Shown here in pieces: positions 35,365 through 46,830 of a stretch of 46,902 bases of DNA. Under the pieces are notes generated by a model, which saw nothing but the letters and a program-made list of their open reading frames with translations, was not told the origin of the DNA and did not search any database. The position numbers were made by a program, and so were the translations under genes. This DNA is from Jimgerdemannia flammicorona (taxonomy: Eukaryota): positions 1 to 46,902 of the forward strand of contig RBNJ01000050.1 in assembly GCA_003990765.1 (NCBI GenBank). Reading direction: 5' to 3'. How positions within the stretch are numbered: the stretch's first letter is position 1; each line of letters opens with the position of its first letter.

Positions 35365-36860
35365 TATTAGGATAACAACTCAATATATCAATATATAATT
35401 ACACCATTTTATTAGATTTATATTATTCATTAGTAACATATAAATATATGACTTCAAAAACTTCAAAAATAGCTCTCTCTCTTTTTACAATAAAGATTAT
35501 GAGTTCTGCTAGTACTAAGTGACTATAGTAAATTAATATATCTCTTTGAAATATACTATACTAAAATGTCAGATGACTAGTCTAGTAATATAAGTATAGA
35601 AATAGATATACCAATTATGAAAATTCTTTAGATATAACTACAATAACTATAGATATGAAAAACACAGTTCTGGATGTAGGTATAAATATAGCCAAGAGGT
35701 CTATTCTGATCTTTGACAGGAAAGATTATATAATCTAGGTATTCTATAAGATGAATCTCCTTAATAAATATAGCTTAGCAGAGTATATGAGACCACCAGT
35801 GTTGATTTAAGATTACAATGCTACAAATGACTGTCAAGTATTATATGAGATTATATTCATATTATCAAACTTCTAAATGAAGCTTATAATATATATAATA
35901 AATATTTATGAGATATGGGAGACTTTATATAATCATTTCATGTAAATATCTATGTCAAATTAATTTCATCTAAATCTCAATTATTTAATCTATAAATAAA
36001 GCTAAAGAAGACTATTTGCAAATATGCTAGTTGTATCAATGATCTGATAAATCAGGTGAATTTCCTAAGTATGTCAGCATAGTATATAAGTAATAAAGAT
36101 AAGGTCTTAGCACTTATAAGAAACTTTTCTGAAGCATATTATATCATAGTAGCAACTATGCAGAAAAGTGACAAGCTCACTAATTATGCTCATATCATCA
36201 TAAGTCTCATAAATGAGGAAATATATCAAAGAAATAGTACTATTAATAATGATGAAAATACCTTCTATGGGACCTATGAATGTAGTAACAGTACTAAATA
36301 AGATCAAAAGTGTAGACAATAATAAGGTCAATAAACTCAAACCCAAGCTTAATAATATTATAACAACTAATTCAGTCAATCAACTGAGTATGATAGTTAT
36401 TGTGAATACTGTAACAAGTATAGATATAGGAAGTATAATTATTATTATTAAGAAAATAACAAGAAGAGTAGTAAAAATAATAAGCAATAATATAAAGACC
36501 AGTGTAGGTAATATAGAGGTAGCAGAAAGATCTATCAAGGTAAAGAAAAGCATAATAATACAAATACTACCAAAACTGATAAAAGCAGTAGTATATTCTT
36601 TATATAAGTATTATATATTGATCACAGTTCCACTCTCAAATCCACTAACTCATCATCTATATCAATAAATTCCAGTCAATAGCAAAAAACTTTTCACTTG
36701 ACAAAAAGTAGTAATGATGTAAGCACTATTAGTAATAAATATGCTATAAATATAGCTAAAGATAATGATGTCTGGCAAATGGATTCCAAAGTTATATAAT
36801 ATATAACACCACATTGAGAATAGTTTTCTATATATGAACATTTTAAATACTTTGTATCTA
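35365..36860 (+). mobile_element. Copia-C: LTR, PBS, gag, start of protease (truncated)
   Basis: LTR start TATTAGGATAACAACTC (as at 41304); PBS-like GATTATGAGTTCTGC at 35495-35509; gag paralogous to 41400-42700; protease VWQMDSK. Confidence 0.8.
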
Positions 36861-37359
36861 AGCACCTATCTACAAGCTACTGAAGAAGGAAACCAAATTT
36901 GAATGGACCAAGGAGTACCAAAAAACCTTCAATAAACTCAAGACCAGGTTGACCCAAGTACCTATCCTCAGAAGATCAGATTGGAACCTAGAATTCATCT
37001 TGCAGACAGATGTAAGTGCTATAGGACTTGGAGCAGTCCTAGCTCAGAAGAGAGATGGACATAAATATGTCATCTCCTATGTAAGCCAAGGTACCCATGG
37101 AGCAGAACAGAACTATGAGTCATGAAAGCTCAAATGCTTAGCAGTAGTCTGGGCAGTAGACAAGTTTTACTACTACCTAGCTGGGAAACACTTCACCATT
37201 CAAACAGACCATTCTGCTCTTGCCTGACTATTCCACACTCTGAACCCCAAAGGAATATATGCCAGATGGATCTACAGGCTGCAAGAGTATGACTGTACTA
37301 TCAAGCAATGCTCAGGAAGAACCAACACCAACACTGATGTACTCTCAAGGACACCCTGA
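36861..37359 (+). pseudogene. E3 RT-connection and RNase H
   Basis: [34 protein letters not shown]; ends DVLSRTP*. Confidence 0.9.
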
Positions 37360-37384
37360 AACACTCTCATCAAGACTATTCAAC

Positions 37385-38630
37385 ATGAATAAGGAGTTAT
37401 ACTATGGATTAATCAGCTACCTTGGGCAGTGGAAGATGCTCAACCATCTCAAATCCTGGACAATCACTATCATCAACTGGACTTGGAAACAGTTTGAACT
37501 AGACAACACTATACTTGGAAAAGGAGGAAAGCTAGTAATATCTGAACACAAGAAGTATCAAGTAATGAAGAAAGTACATGAGCAAGGACACCTAGGAGGA
37601 ACAAATACATACGACAAGACAAGAAGAACCATGTGGTGGCCCAAGATAGAAGAAGACCTGTGCCAATTTGTCAAAGGGTGTGACAAGTGCCAAAAACAGA
37701 AACAAGATCAGTAAGATGAAGCACCCAGGTCATCAAGAATTGAGTCTATCCCCTTGCACCACATTGCAATAGATATCATTGAGCTACTACTAGTAACACT
37801 ATCAGGAAACTACTATATTATAGTTATTATAGATCTCTTCATCAAATGGATAAAAGCAGGAGCATTACAAGAAGTCAATGCCCTCTATATAGCTGACTTC
37901 CTATACTGAGAAATCATCTGCTGCTACAAGACACTGAAGCAAATTACAACAGACTGTGGTACAGAATTTGTTAATGGATTCTATGAGATAATGTATCAGA
38001 AATATAAGATCCAGCACATCAAGACCACCACATACCACTCTCAAGGAAATAGACAGATAGAGAGAATTAATAAGACCCTCAAGAACATCCTGGTGAAGAT
38101 CTCAGAGACATATGAGAATTGGGATAATTATCTCCCAACCACCCTCTCTATCTTACAAGATATATGGTCACAGAGTACACACTTTACCCCAAGGGAACTA
38201 CTCTTCAGAGAAGAAGATTCTGATGGAACCTCAGCTACAAACCTAGACCTAACTTAGAGATAGGTCAATGCAGAAATCCAGAGACTACACCAAATCAGGA
38301 AGAAGGCTGAATATTACATTATCAAGTCACAAGTACTGATAAGGAAGAATGTGGAAAAGAATCACAAAGCCCTAAAACTCATCCAAATTGGAGAAAAGGT
38401 TCTACTGTATTAAAATATAATAGAAGCCTCATGGTCACAAAACTAGAGCCCAAATGAGAAGGACCCTTCTACATGCAAGATATCAAGAGAACCACCTTCT
38501 GGTTTAGAAAAATCCCAGGGACCATACTGCCTACCATGGTACATAGGAACAGACTCAAGAAGTACCACAAACCTATATAAGAGAAGCAAAATGTGATGAC
38601 TACCCATGAGGTTCTAGTCTGCGAATCATA
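37385..38630 (+). pseudogene. E3 integrase in a separate frame
   Basis: MNKELYYG, HEQGHLGG, CDKCQK, TDCGTEF, TTTYHSQGN, KLEPK(W)EGPF, HRNRLKKY. Confidence 0.92.
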
Positions 38631-38944
38631 ACAGCATGTCTCATGACTAGCAGGTTATCTGTCTGGACCATTCTCTAAGGGATACAGCACCAGCAACTAC
38701 TCATCCATGAGACTTTCAAAGCCAGAGAAGTTTGAACCATCAACTGATTAGTCAAGATCAGAATCAGGCCCTTGCTCAATATGAAGGGAGCAACCCTTCA
38801 CTATTATGCCAAAATACAAAGAGAAGACACCAGTCCATAAACACTACTTTTTGACCCCTTGCCAGAGGTTATGAGATCAGCAAATTTTTCAGAACTAGAC
38901 CAATGAATAAGGATACTCAAGAAGATTCTTATTCAGGAGGAAGA

Positions 38945-40394
38945 TGTAAAGGTGACCCCAGAATGATGACATCAGCATAGGAGACAGTCTTTCCTTACAA
39001 GTCACCAGATCAGAGCACAAGAAGATTATACAGCATATGAGATAAGTGATAATGACCAACTGTGAGTCATTACAACCATAGTTCAGATATCTTGAGGAAT
39101 ATAAAAGAAGGATCAAGAAACCACAGTAGTAGCAACCAATAAGACCCACCAATCCCAAAATAGCTCAAAGACTTACCATAAACAAAATGCCTGCTACTTG
39201 CCAAACCTTAAGGTCAAGAAATCACCAAGGTATCTCAGTTGAAGAGAGGATGTTCTAAGACATCAGAAGAGCTATGAGGACCTGCTCAAGAAGGACTCTG
39301 AGTATCAACCTGGGTACCAGTGACCCTTATCACTATATCCTCTACTACTATGAAATGGAAACAAGGATCACCATTGCTACTGAATGCCTCCAAATGTGGC
39401 AGAAGTACAAAATAGAAAACCTCCTCTGCTAGGAGTTCTCACAGACCAGCCCTCAAGAGCTATAAGATGCCACTTCCATAGATATATACAAAACAAGAAC
39501 AGCTAAGAAGATCTATCATATCTTTATGTATGCACCATGGTCAATTCCCAACTTGGAGTATGTTAGAGTCTCAGATTTTAGAGACCTATCATCCTACTGT
39601 ATCAATACACTAGAAGCCAGGGTGGCTACAGAAGTCCAGTCCACTATCACCCTCAATAGTGATGAAGTAGAAGACTTCTGGCATCCTATCCTTCAGGACA
39701 ACCTAGAGCAATTCCTGTAAGGATTGATCTCAGTATTCTAAGGCCCAAGCATCCAGATTAGACCTCCCTAAGATCCCACATTTATTCCCTATTTTGTGGA
39801 AGAGAACCTCATAGACTGGAGAGCTCCAGACCTCCTTCCCACTGTTGAATGTGATATATATAAGATGCATGACCTATATGATGACAACAATGATGACAAT
39901 GAATTCATAGACCTCATCTCCTTTGAAGACATCCTGACCTCTGATGATGAAGCCCCCATGGTCCTGAACATTCTGCTCTAAGTCTCTTGGTTATACTGAA
40001 TAATGCCAGCACTGGTATTCTGATGTGACACCAAATTATACCATCATCCTGAATCTATACAACCATCAGTGTCAACCCTGGAACTTAACAGTTTTTTCTG
40101 TCCCGACATTTTATTTTAGTTATTGGAATTTATATTTAGCTTTATATCTTAGCAACTATTGAATTATATTTTATATAAATACCCCTCTTATTTCCTCTGA
40201 AATAAAGTCAGTTCTTCTCAGTATAATATATACACTTCCTTGCAAACAATCTAAGAGATAACAAGATAGTTCAAAAGATAAGAAGTTTGAGGACTATAAG
40301 ACTTTGGGAAGGCACTCCAATAAGAACTTACTTATAACAAACTTGAGTTAATCTAAGAGATATACCTTGAGGACTTAGTGACTACTATGTGACA
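38945..40394 (+). repeat. E3 3' LTR (1450 bp)
   Basis: Homologous to the E2 LTRs; TATATAAATA near 40172 and AATAAA near 40201. Confidence 0.92.
39187..39981 (+). pseudogene. LTR(U3)-encoded ORF of E3 (264 aa, no indels)
   Basis: One frame MPATCQTLRSRNHQ...PMVLNILL*; the internal stops are TAA/TAG at positions where E2 has Q or W. Confidence 0.85.
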
Positions 40395-40405
40395 ATAATA
40401 ATAAT

Positions 40406-41303
40406 TATTAAAATTTCTATTATTTTGATATCTTTTTAATATGATTTATATATATATAACTATATTATTTTTGAGTTACATTATTTGATATATAAAATAT
40501 ACTATCTGAAATAATAAACAATACTTTACTCTCTATCTCTTTCTCTAGATCTACTCTATATTTATAACAAAAGTTATGAGCCCTGCTTAGTAGCTAATAA
40601 GAAATATCTCTTTAAGACTCTATATCAAGATATCAATATAGACAAACTAAGGGATCAGTATCAGTATAAGTATACTGAACACAGTAGGTACAAATACTCT
40701 CAGAATTAGTATAATAGTCACAGTTTTTATGGTAAATATAAATATAGCCAAGAGGTTAATTCTTATCTTTAATAGCAAGGATGATGCTATTTGGATATTC
40801 TATATGAAAAATCTTCTGAAAGAATGTAGTTTGGCAGAGTATACAAAACTACAGATACAGATTCAAGATTATAATATTATAAATAATTACTAAGTATTAT
40901 AAGAGATTATGTTCATATTATCAAACTAGCCAATGAAGCTCATAATATATACTATAATAGTTTATAATATATGAAAAACTCTATATAATTATCATATATA
41001 AGTATCCTTATCAAATTGATTCTATCTGAAATCTCAGCTATTTTATCTATAAATAAAACTCAAGAAGAGTATCTATAAATATACCAATTATATAGATAAT
41101 CTGATAAATCAGATAATTTCTCTAAGCATATCAGCAGAGACATCAGTGATGAAGACAAGATTCTGGTCCTTATATAAGACCTTTCTGAGGTATATAATAT
41201 TATTATAGTAGCTATATATAAGAGTGAGAAACTTATAGACTATATTTATATAATAATAAGTCTTATCAATAAAGAGATATATCAAGAAAATAGTGGTAAT
41301 AAT
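40406..41303 (+). mobile_element. Copia-D: LTR, half-tRNA-iMet PBS, gag (truncated by Copia-E)
   Basis: LTR at about 40406-40569 ends TTTATAACA; PBS AGTTATGAGCCCTGC at 40572-40586; gag paralogous to Copia-C and Copia-E. Confidence 0.8.
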
Positions 41304-43286
41304 TATTAAGATAGCAACTCAATATATCAGTATATAACCTTATACCATACTATCTAATTTATATCATTCATCATTAAAGCATAAAATATACTAATACTAG
41401 AAATGTGTAATAATCAGCCTAGCAATATGAGTATAGAAACAGATATACTAATTACAAGCATTTTTCTCACAGGTATATCCTCAATAAGTATGGGAAACAT
41501 AGTTCTGATTGTTGGTATAAATATAGCCAAGAGGTCCATTATGATCTTTGATGGAAAGAATTATGCTATTTGGGTATTTTATATAATGAATCTCTTTGAT
41601 GAATATAGCTTGGCAGAGTATATGAAGCCATAAGCACTAATTCAAGATTATGATACTATAAATAATTACTGAGCATTATATGAGATTGTATTCATATTGT
41701 CAAATTCTCAAACAAAGCTCATAATATATATTACAATAACTTATAAGGTATGGGAAGTTCTATGTAATTATTATATGCAAGCATCTATATTGAATTGATT
41801 CCACTTGAAATCTCAGCTATTTAATCTTCAAATGAAGTCTAAGAAGAGTATCCATGAATATATCAGTCATGTTAACAATCTGATAAATCAAGTAAATTCT
41901 CTTAGCATATCTACAGATTGTATTAGAAATGAAAACAAGGTTATAGTACTTATAAGAAGACTTTGGGATATATATAATGTTATAGTAGCAGCTATGTATA
42001 AGAGCAGTAGACTCTCAGATTACATCCATGTGATAATAAGCCTCATAAATGAGAAAATATACTAAGAAAATAGTGCTGATAATAATAAAAACACCTTCTA
42101 TAGGTTTCATGGATGTAGTACCAAATAAGGTCAAAAGTGTAAGCAATAAAACCAAAGGGAATAAATCCAAACCCAAGTACAATAATGCAATAATCAGTCT
42201 ACCAATTAATCAAACAAGTGTGATAGTTACTATGAATACTGTAGCAAGTATGGATATAGGAAGTACTACTATTATTATTGAGAAAATAACAAGAAGAGTA
42301 GTGAGAATAAGTATGGTAAAAGTCAGCACAGAAACTATCAAGACAAATGGAAGTATGGTAATATAAATACTATTGAAACTGATGAAAGAGGTAATCTATT
42401 TTTTATACAAGCTATCAGTAATACCAGTTCTGCCAGTACAAGATCTACTACCAAATCCACTAATCTGTTATCTATGAATTCTAGTCAATAGCAAAAGTAA
42501 AATACTTTTCATCCAATAAAAAGTAGTAATAACATCAGTATACTCAGAAGTATGGGAATTGCCAACAACTATATATTCTCCAAGTATATATCTGATAAAT
42601 ATATTACCAATATAGTCAATAATAATAATATCTGGCTAATAAATTCTGGAGTCATATAATATATAATACTATACAGGGAATAGTTCTCTATATATGAGCC
42701 TTTTGAATACTCTATATCTATCAAATTAGGAGATAATAATATTATCTATATTCAAGAAAAAGAAAATATAGAGATATATCTCTAGGATAATATTATAGAA
42801 TCTACTGGCACATTTCAAGATATACTATATACTCTAGAGTTCAGCAAGATTATCTTTTTAATAAGAAAGATAATATCTCATAGTAATAAATAAATACAGT
42901 ATTGAGATACTTACTGACCTATAGGTGTAATAGAGCAATATCTTCAAATACTAGTATATGTTAATATATAGAGCACAGCTTTCATTCTTCTTAAGGAGAT
43001 TGCCAACTATCTCTCTTTCTTAATAATATATAATAAAGAAATATATATATATATAAAGAATACTATAATATATGATTTGTATGATAATGAGCTAATAATA
43101 GCTTCAAAATGTGAGAATATTTATATGATCAATAGCATATCAAATAGAAATGGTATGAAAGTCTCCACTTATACAATAACTATATCTGATACATCTAATA
43201 TATAGCATCAATGCTTAGGACATATCAGTAGAATGAGCCTTGAACATATAATAAGAAGTAGCTCAGTAAGTAGATTACTAATATAT
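41304..43286 (+). mobile_element. Copia-E: partial LTR, gag, protease, pre-integrase
   Basis: IFDGKNYAIW (copia gag N-terminus), LKSQLFNLQM, WLINSGV protease, (W)HQCLGHIS at about 43203-43230. Confidence 0.82.
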
Positions 43287-43459
43287 TGTGGCATTGGTTA
43301 TGTATAATGAACTTTGACTGCATGGCTCAATGTGTGCTACTTGGTGAAGCGCGCGATGTATAACTGAATGTGTTTGCGATGGTTACGGGTCGATGGTCAT
43401 GTGACAGGTCGTTCGATTCGTGTGATAATAATAATAGCGGGAGATTGTTCGACGATGGT

Positions 43460-44010
43460 GGGCTCAGGATGTCGGTGATGAGGTCATTTGGTTGTTCAAT
43501 GGCTCAGGACGTCAATGATGAGGTCGTTCAGTTGTTCAATGGCTCAGGACGTCGATGGCTCAATTGTTTAGTGGAAAAGGGCGGCGATTATGCTGGCTAA
43601 GTTTCCTGGTGGCGATTAACTTGGTGGCAAACTCAGCGATGACGGTTTTGGCTTTAAGCGGTTTGTGGCGCAGTAGGTTGGGAAAAATGGAGGTTGACAG
43701 CTCACTCGTCCATCTTGTTTAGCTTGAAAGGGCGGGGTAACTTGGGTCTTTGGCGGTCATTTGAGTATCTCAGCGGATCTTAGGCTGTGGTCTTGTTTGG
43801 CTGGGTATCCTTGGGTTCCTTGGTTTTCTGGGTCTTGAATCTCGAATGGCGGTCGAATGCGCAGAGGTCTGAATGGCAGTCTGAATGCACGGAGGTCCGA
43901 ATGCGCGGCAGTCATGTCTTGAATCCTTGGCTGGGTAACTTGGGTTTCTGGGTCTTGAATCCTTGGCTGGGTAACTTGAGTTCCTTGGGTTCTTTAATCC
44001 TTGGCTGGGT
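43460..44010. repeat. Short tandem and direct repeats in E4 U5
   Basis: GTTGTTCAATGGCTCAGGACGTC x2-3, CTGGGTAACTTGGG..CTGGGTCTTGAATCCTTGG x2-3, GAATGGCGGTCGAATGCGC-type x2-3. Confidence 0.8.
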
Positions 44011-44340
44011 CTCGGGTCTCAAATGGCAGTCGAATGGTGGTGGTCGGGTAACGTTTTCTTTCCGTGGCAAGAGAAAATTCTTTAACTCAAACTTCTGAGC
44101 GATCCATTGCTCTAGGTTGTTATCTTGTTCTCAGAATTTATCTGGTCTCTTGGAGGCAGTGGTTATTTCTCAAAACCAATTGACTGAGGTTTATTCACTC
44201 TAAGAATATGGGTTATTTATACAAGTTTGCTAGCTATGGGGGAGGGGGTGCGACTAAGGCTAAGGTATACTATGTTGTGGCGAACTTATGCTATTGGTTT
44301 GCACGATGCAAGGTGCAGGCTATTGTTTACTATGGATTGG

Positions 44341-44540
44341 GTTGTAGGGGATAGCAACACTGGATTCGGACCTGCTGACAAAATGCTGAAAACAGTGGTA
44401 CTGGGTAGCAATGCTGGAAACAGATGAACTGACATGATACAATGATTGTTGCCAGAAACGGTTGTGGAGGGTGGCAACGCTGAATTCGGACCTGCTGACA
44501 AAATGCTGAAAACTGTGGTACTAGGTAGCAATGCTGGAAA
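44341..44540. repeat. 80-bp direct repeat with 120-bp period in E4 U3
   Basis: 44341-44420 matches 44461-44540 (ATTCGGACCTGCTGACAAAATGCTGAAAAC.GTGGTACT.GGTAGCAATGCTGGAAA). Confidence 0.9.
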
Positions 44541-44587
44541 TGGACTTGCTGACAAAAGCTGGGTTCTCACGGCTGATGGGCGGTACT

Positions 44588-45574
44588 CTAGAGGAAATAG
44601 TACCCTTCATCTATAGCGGGCAAATCTTGCTGGGTTGTGATTTCTTCTTCATCATATCTCTCCTCAAAGGGGGGGAGCACCAGCCAAGAGGTGAGGGGGT
44701 AGAAAAGTGGCCAGTCATCTTCAACAACATTCTCCAACCCTTGAACAGCTTGAATGTGAACAGAGGACTGGTAGACTCTCTGTTGCTCCTCTTCTTCTTC
44801 TGAAGGCTCATCAGTTTCAGTGTCAGAGGGGGTTTCTTCAGGGGCAGGGTCTTGGAGTTCTTGGGCCTCCTCTTCAAAGACAGGAACTTCTTGGGCTTCT
44901 TCTTGATTTGGTTCCCAAATGATGAGGTGTGAATTGTGGCTGACAGGGTGGTGGGTGGTTGGGGTAGTTCCCACAGGTGCCTCTATAGTGATGGGCAGTC
45001 CTTCAAATATCTCCATAAGACTCATTAGGTGACCTTGATGGTTGTCTCGGAGTGGGGTGGTGTGGAAACCTGGCTGAGTAGGTTCGGTTTGTTGGTTTCC
45101 TATGGTGATGCAGTTGCTGCCAATAGCATTGGCTACTTCAGATTCTATCCAGTCAGCATCTTCAGTTGAAAGGTGGGAGAGGCTGCCAGCTGTTACTCCT
45201 TGTAAGTGTACTATAGTCTAGGGAATATGGCAGAAGATTTGATGGACACGGAGGGCTCTCTTGATTAGCTGGCTGGTGGTTAACATTTCGGCAATGAGGT
45301 CTTCCTGGTCGCCTTCTTGAGTCTCATTGCGAAGGCGGTGTCTGATTTCATAGTCATGCCAGAGAGTCATTCGTTCGGTAGTGTCTTTGAGCTGTTGGGT
45401 CATTATATACCAGTAGTTGATAAAGTGTCCAAGGTCCTCAGTGTAGAAGTTCAAGTGTTCGGAGGTATCTGGGCACCAGATAGCCTTCTTGATAGCTTCA
45501 AAGATCAGGGTCTTTGGGCCAGGCAAAGGGGTAGAGCGGTGGGAGGTCTGGTTGGTTCAGCAAATGGGAGGCAT
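44588..45574 (-). pseudogene. LTR(U3)-encoded ORF of E4 (328 codons, two transition stops)
   Basis: MPPIC(R)TNQ... Track ORFs 45218-45526 and 44588-45025 are the same frame. Homologous to the E2/E3 LTR ORF, with a long acidic tail. Confidence 0.85.
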
Positions 45575-46098
45575 TGTGTAGTGGGTACTTGGTTCTTTGG
45601 TGCTGATCCTTGAGGCGGAGTATGGTTCCTTAAATAACATGGTCTTCATTTTGGCTCGGATCATCTTGTCTTCTTTTGGGATGATCACCTAATGGGTCAG
45701 ACTGTCTATTTGATTGTCATGCCATTATATCTTAGCAGTCACCGGTACTCTATTGTCAATTGTGTACGTCACATCTGCTCCTTGCAAAATTAGAGCCGTC
45801 CTCAGCAGTGAGGGTTACACAGAGTTGGGTGGTCTTAACTCCAGGGACGAGCGGAATGCTGGCGCATTTATGAGGACTGGCCATCCTTGTCTAGGGCGAG
45901 GGCTCCCATAGTCGCAGCAGGGGGTTTGAACCCATCGGAAATAGTATTACTTGTAATCCAAGGCAATTTCTTAGTAATAATGTCTGTCATGTGGATGGGC
46001 TTGAGTCTGGTTCCAACATTGTTGGCTTTCTTGAGTTCTGAGTGAAACATCCGTCATATCTCCAGCGGAGACGACACAGACAGAGTGAACAGGATTGT

Positions 46099-46830
46099 TC
46101 AAATGCATTTTGCTTCTCTTGAGTAGTAGAGTCTTATGTGGTTGTGATGTATCTTGGTCTTGAGTATAACTCCATCCAAGGTCTTGAGTTGATAAGTGTG
46201 GTTCGAGAATACTTGGTGTATGAGATAGGGGCCTTCCCATTTTGGTTCAAGCTTGGCACTCCAATTTCCTTCTATGATAGTACGGTACACCAGAACCTTT
46301 TGTCCAATGAGCAGGGGTTTGAGGTCAGCTTTGCAGTCATAGTACTTCTTTTGATGTTCTTGTACCTTGGCGATAAATCCTCGTGCTTGCTGGCATATGT
46401 CGTGTAACTGGGTGATCTCTTCTGTGACTCATTTGACAGATCTAGCTGGACTGGTTCAGTAGGATCTTGTGCTTCTCAGCCATACACCAAATAGAAGGGG
46501 GTCTGTTGGGTAGCAGTTGCCTTAGAGGTACGGATGCTGAACAGAATTGCCAGTAGATAGATATACCAGTTTAGTTGATCTCTGGTTCTACTGAGACCTC
46601 GCTTGATGGTCTGGTTCATTCATTCAGTGAGTCCATTTGCCTGTGGGTGGTAGGCTGTTATTGGTCGTAGCTTGATCTTGAAGTTGCTTGCAAAGGTCTT
46701 CATGGCTTGGTTGACAAATTCTCGACCTTGGTCTGTAATGATTTCCTTGGGCACACCATGGCGGCTGAAAATTTCATCATACAGGATCCCAATAATTGTC
46801 TGGGCATTGGCAGTCTCGATGGCAAAGGCT
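46099..46830 (-). pseudogene. E4 integrase (C-terminal part)
   Basis: EIFSRHGVPKEIITDQGREF, TAYHPQANGLTE, TPFYLVYG, KLEPKWEGPY; ends HHNHIRLYYSREAKCI*. Confidence 0.92.

Larger units (their letters stand above)
36861..40394 (+). mobile_element. E3: 5'-truncated member of the E2 family (RNase H, integrase, PPT, 3' LTR)
   Basis: Colinear with the reverse complement of 8107-11790; PPT at 38931-38944; LTR TGTAAAG...TGTGACA. Confidence 0.93.
43287..45773 (-). repeat. E4 putative 3' LTR (~2487 bp)
   Basis: TGTGAC...GCCACA termini, adjacent PPT, TATA/AATAAA core at 44184-44238. The second LTR is not in the window, so the boundary is inferred. Confidence 0.7.

Noticed and set aside
36107-36668. Hydrophobic or Ile/Asn/Lys-rich ORFs (also 42049-42366, 28640-28825) as membrane or host proteins
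   Set aside because: Off-frame readings of AT-eroded copia gag, repeated in paralogous copia copies.
43460-44540. Repeat arrays as a CRISPR array
   Set aside because: Only 2-3 degenerate copies of several different units, no constant repeat with unique spacers, no cas genes, and they lie inside a eukaryotic LTR.
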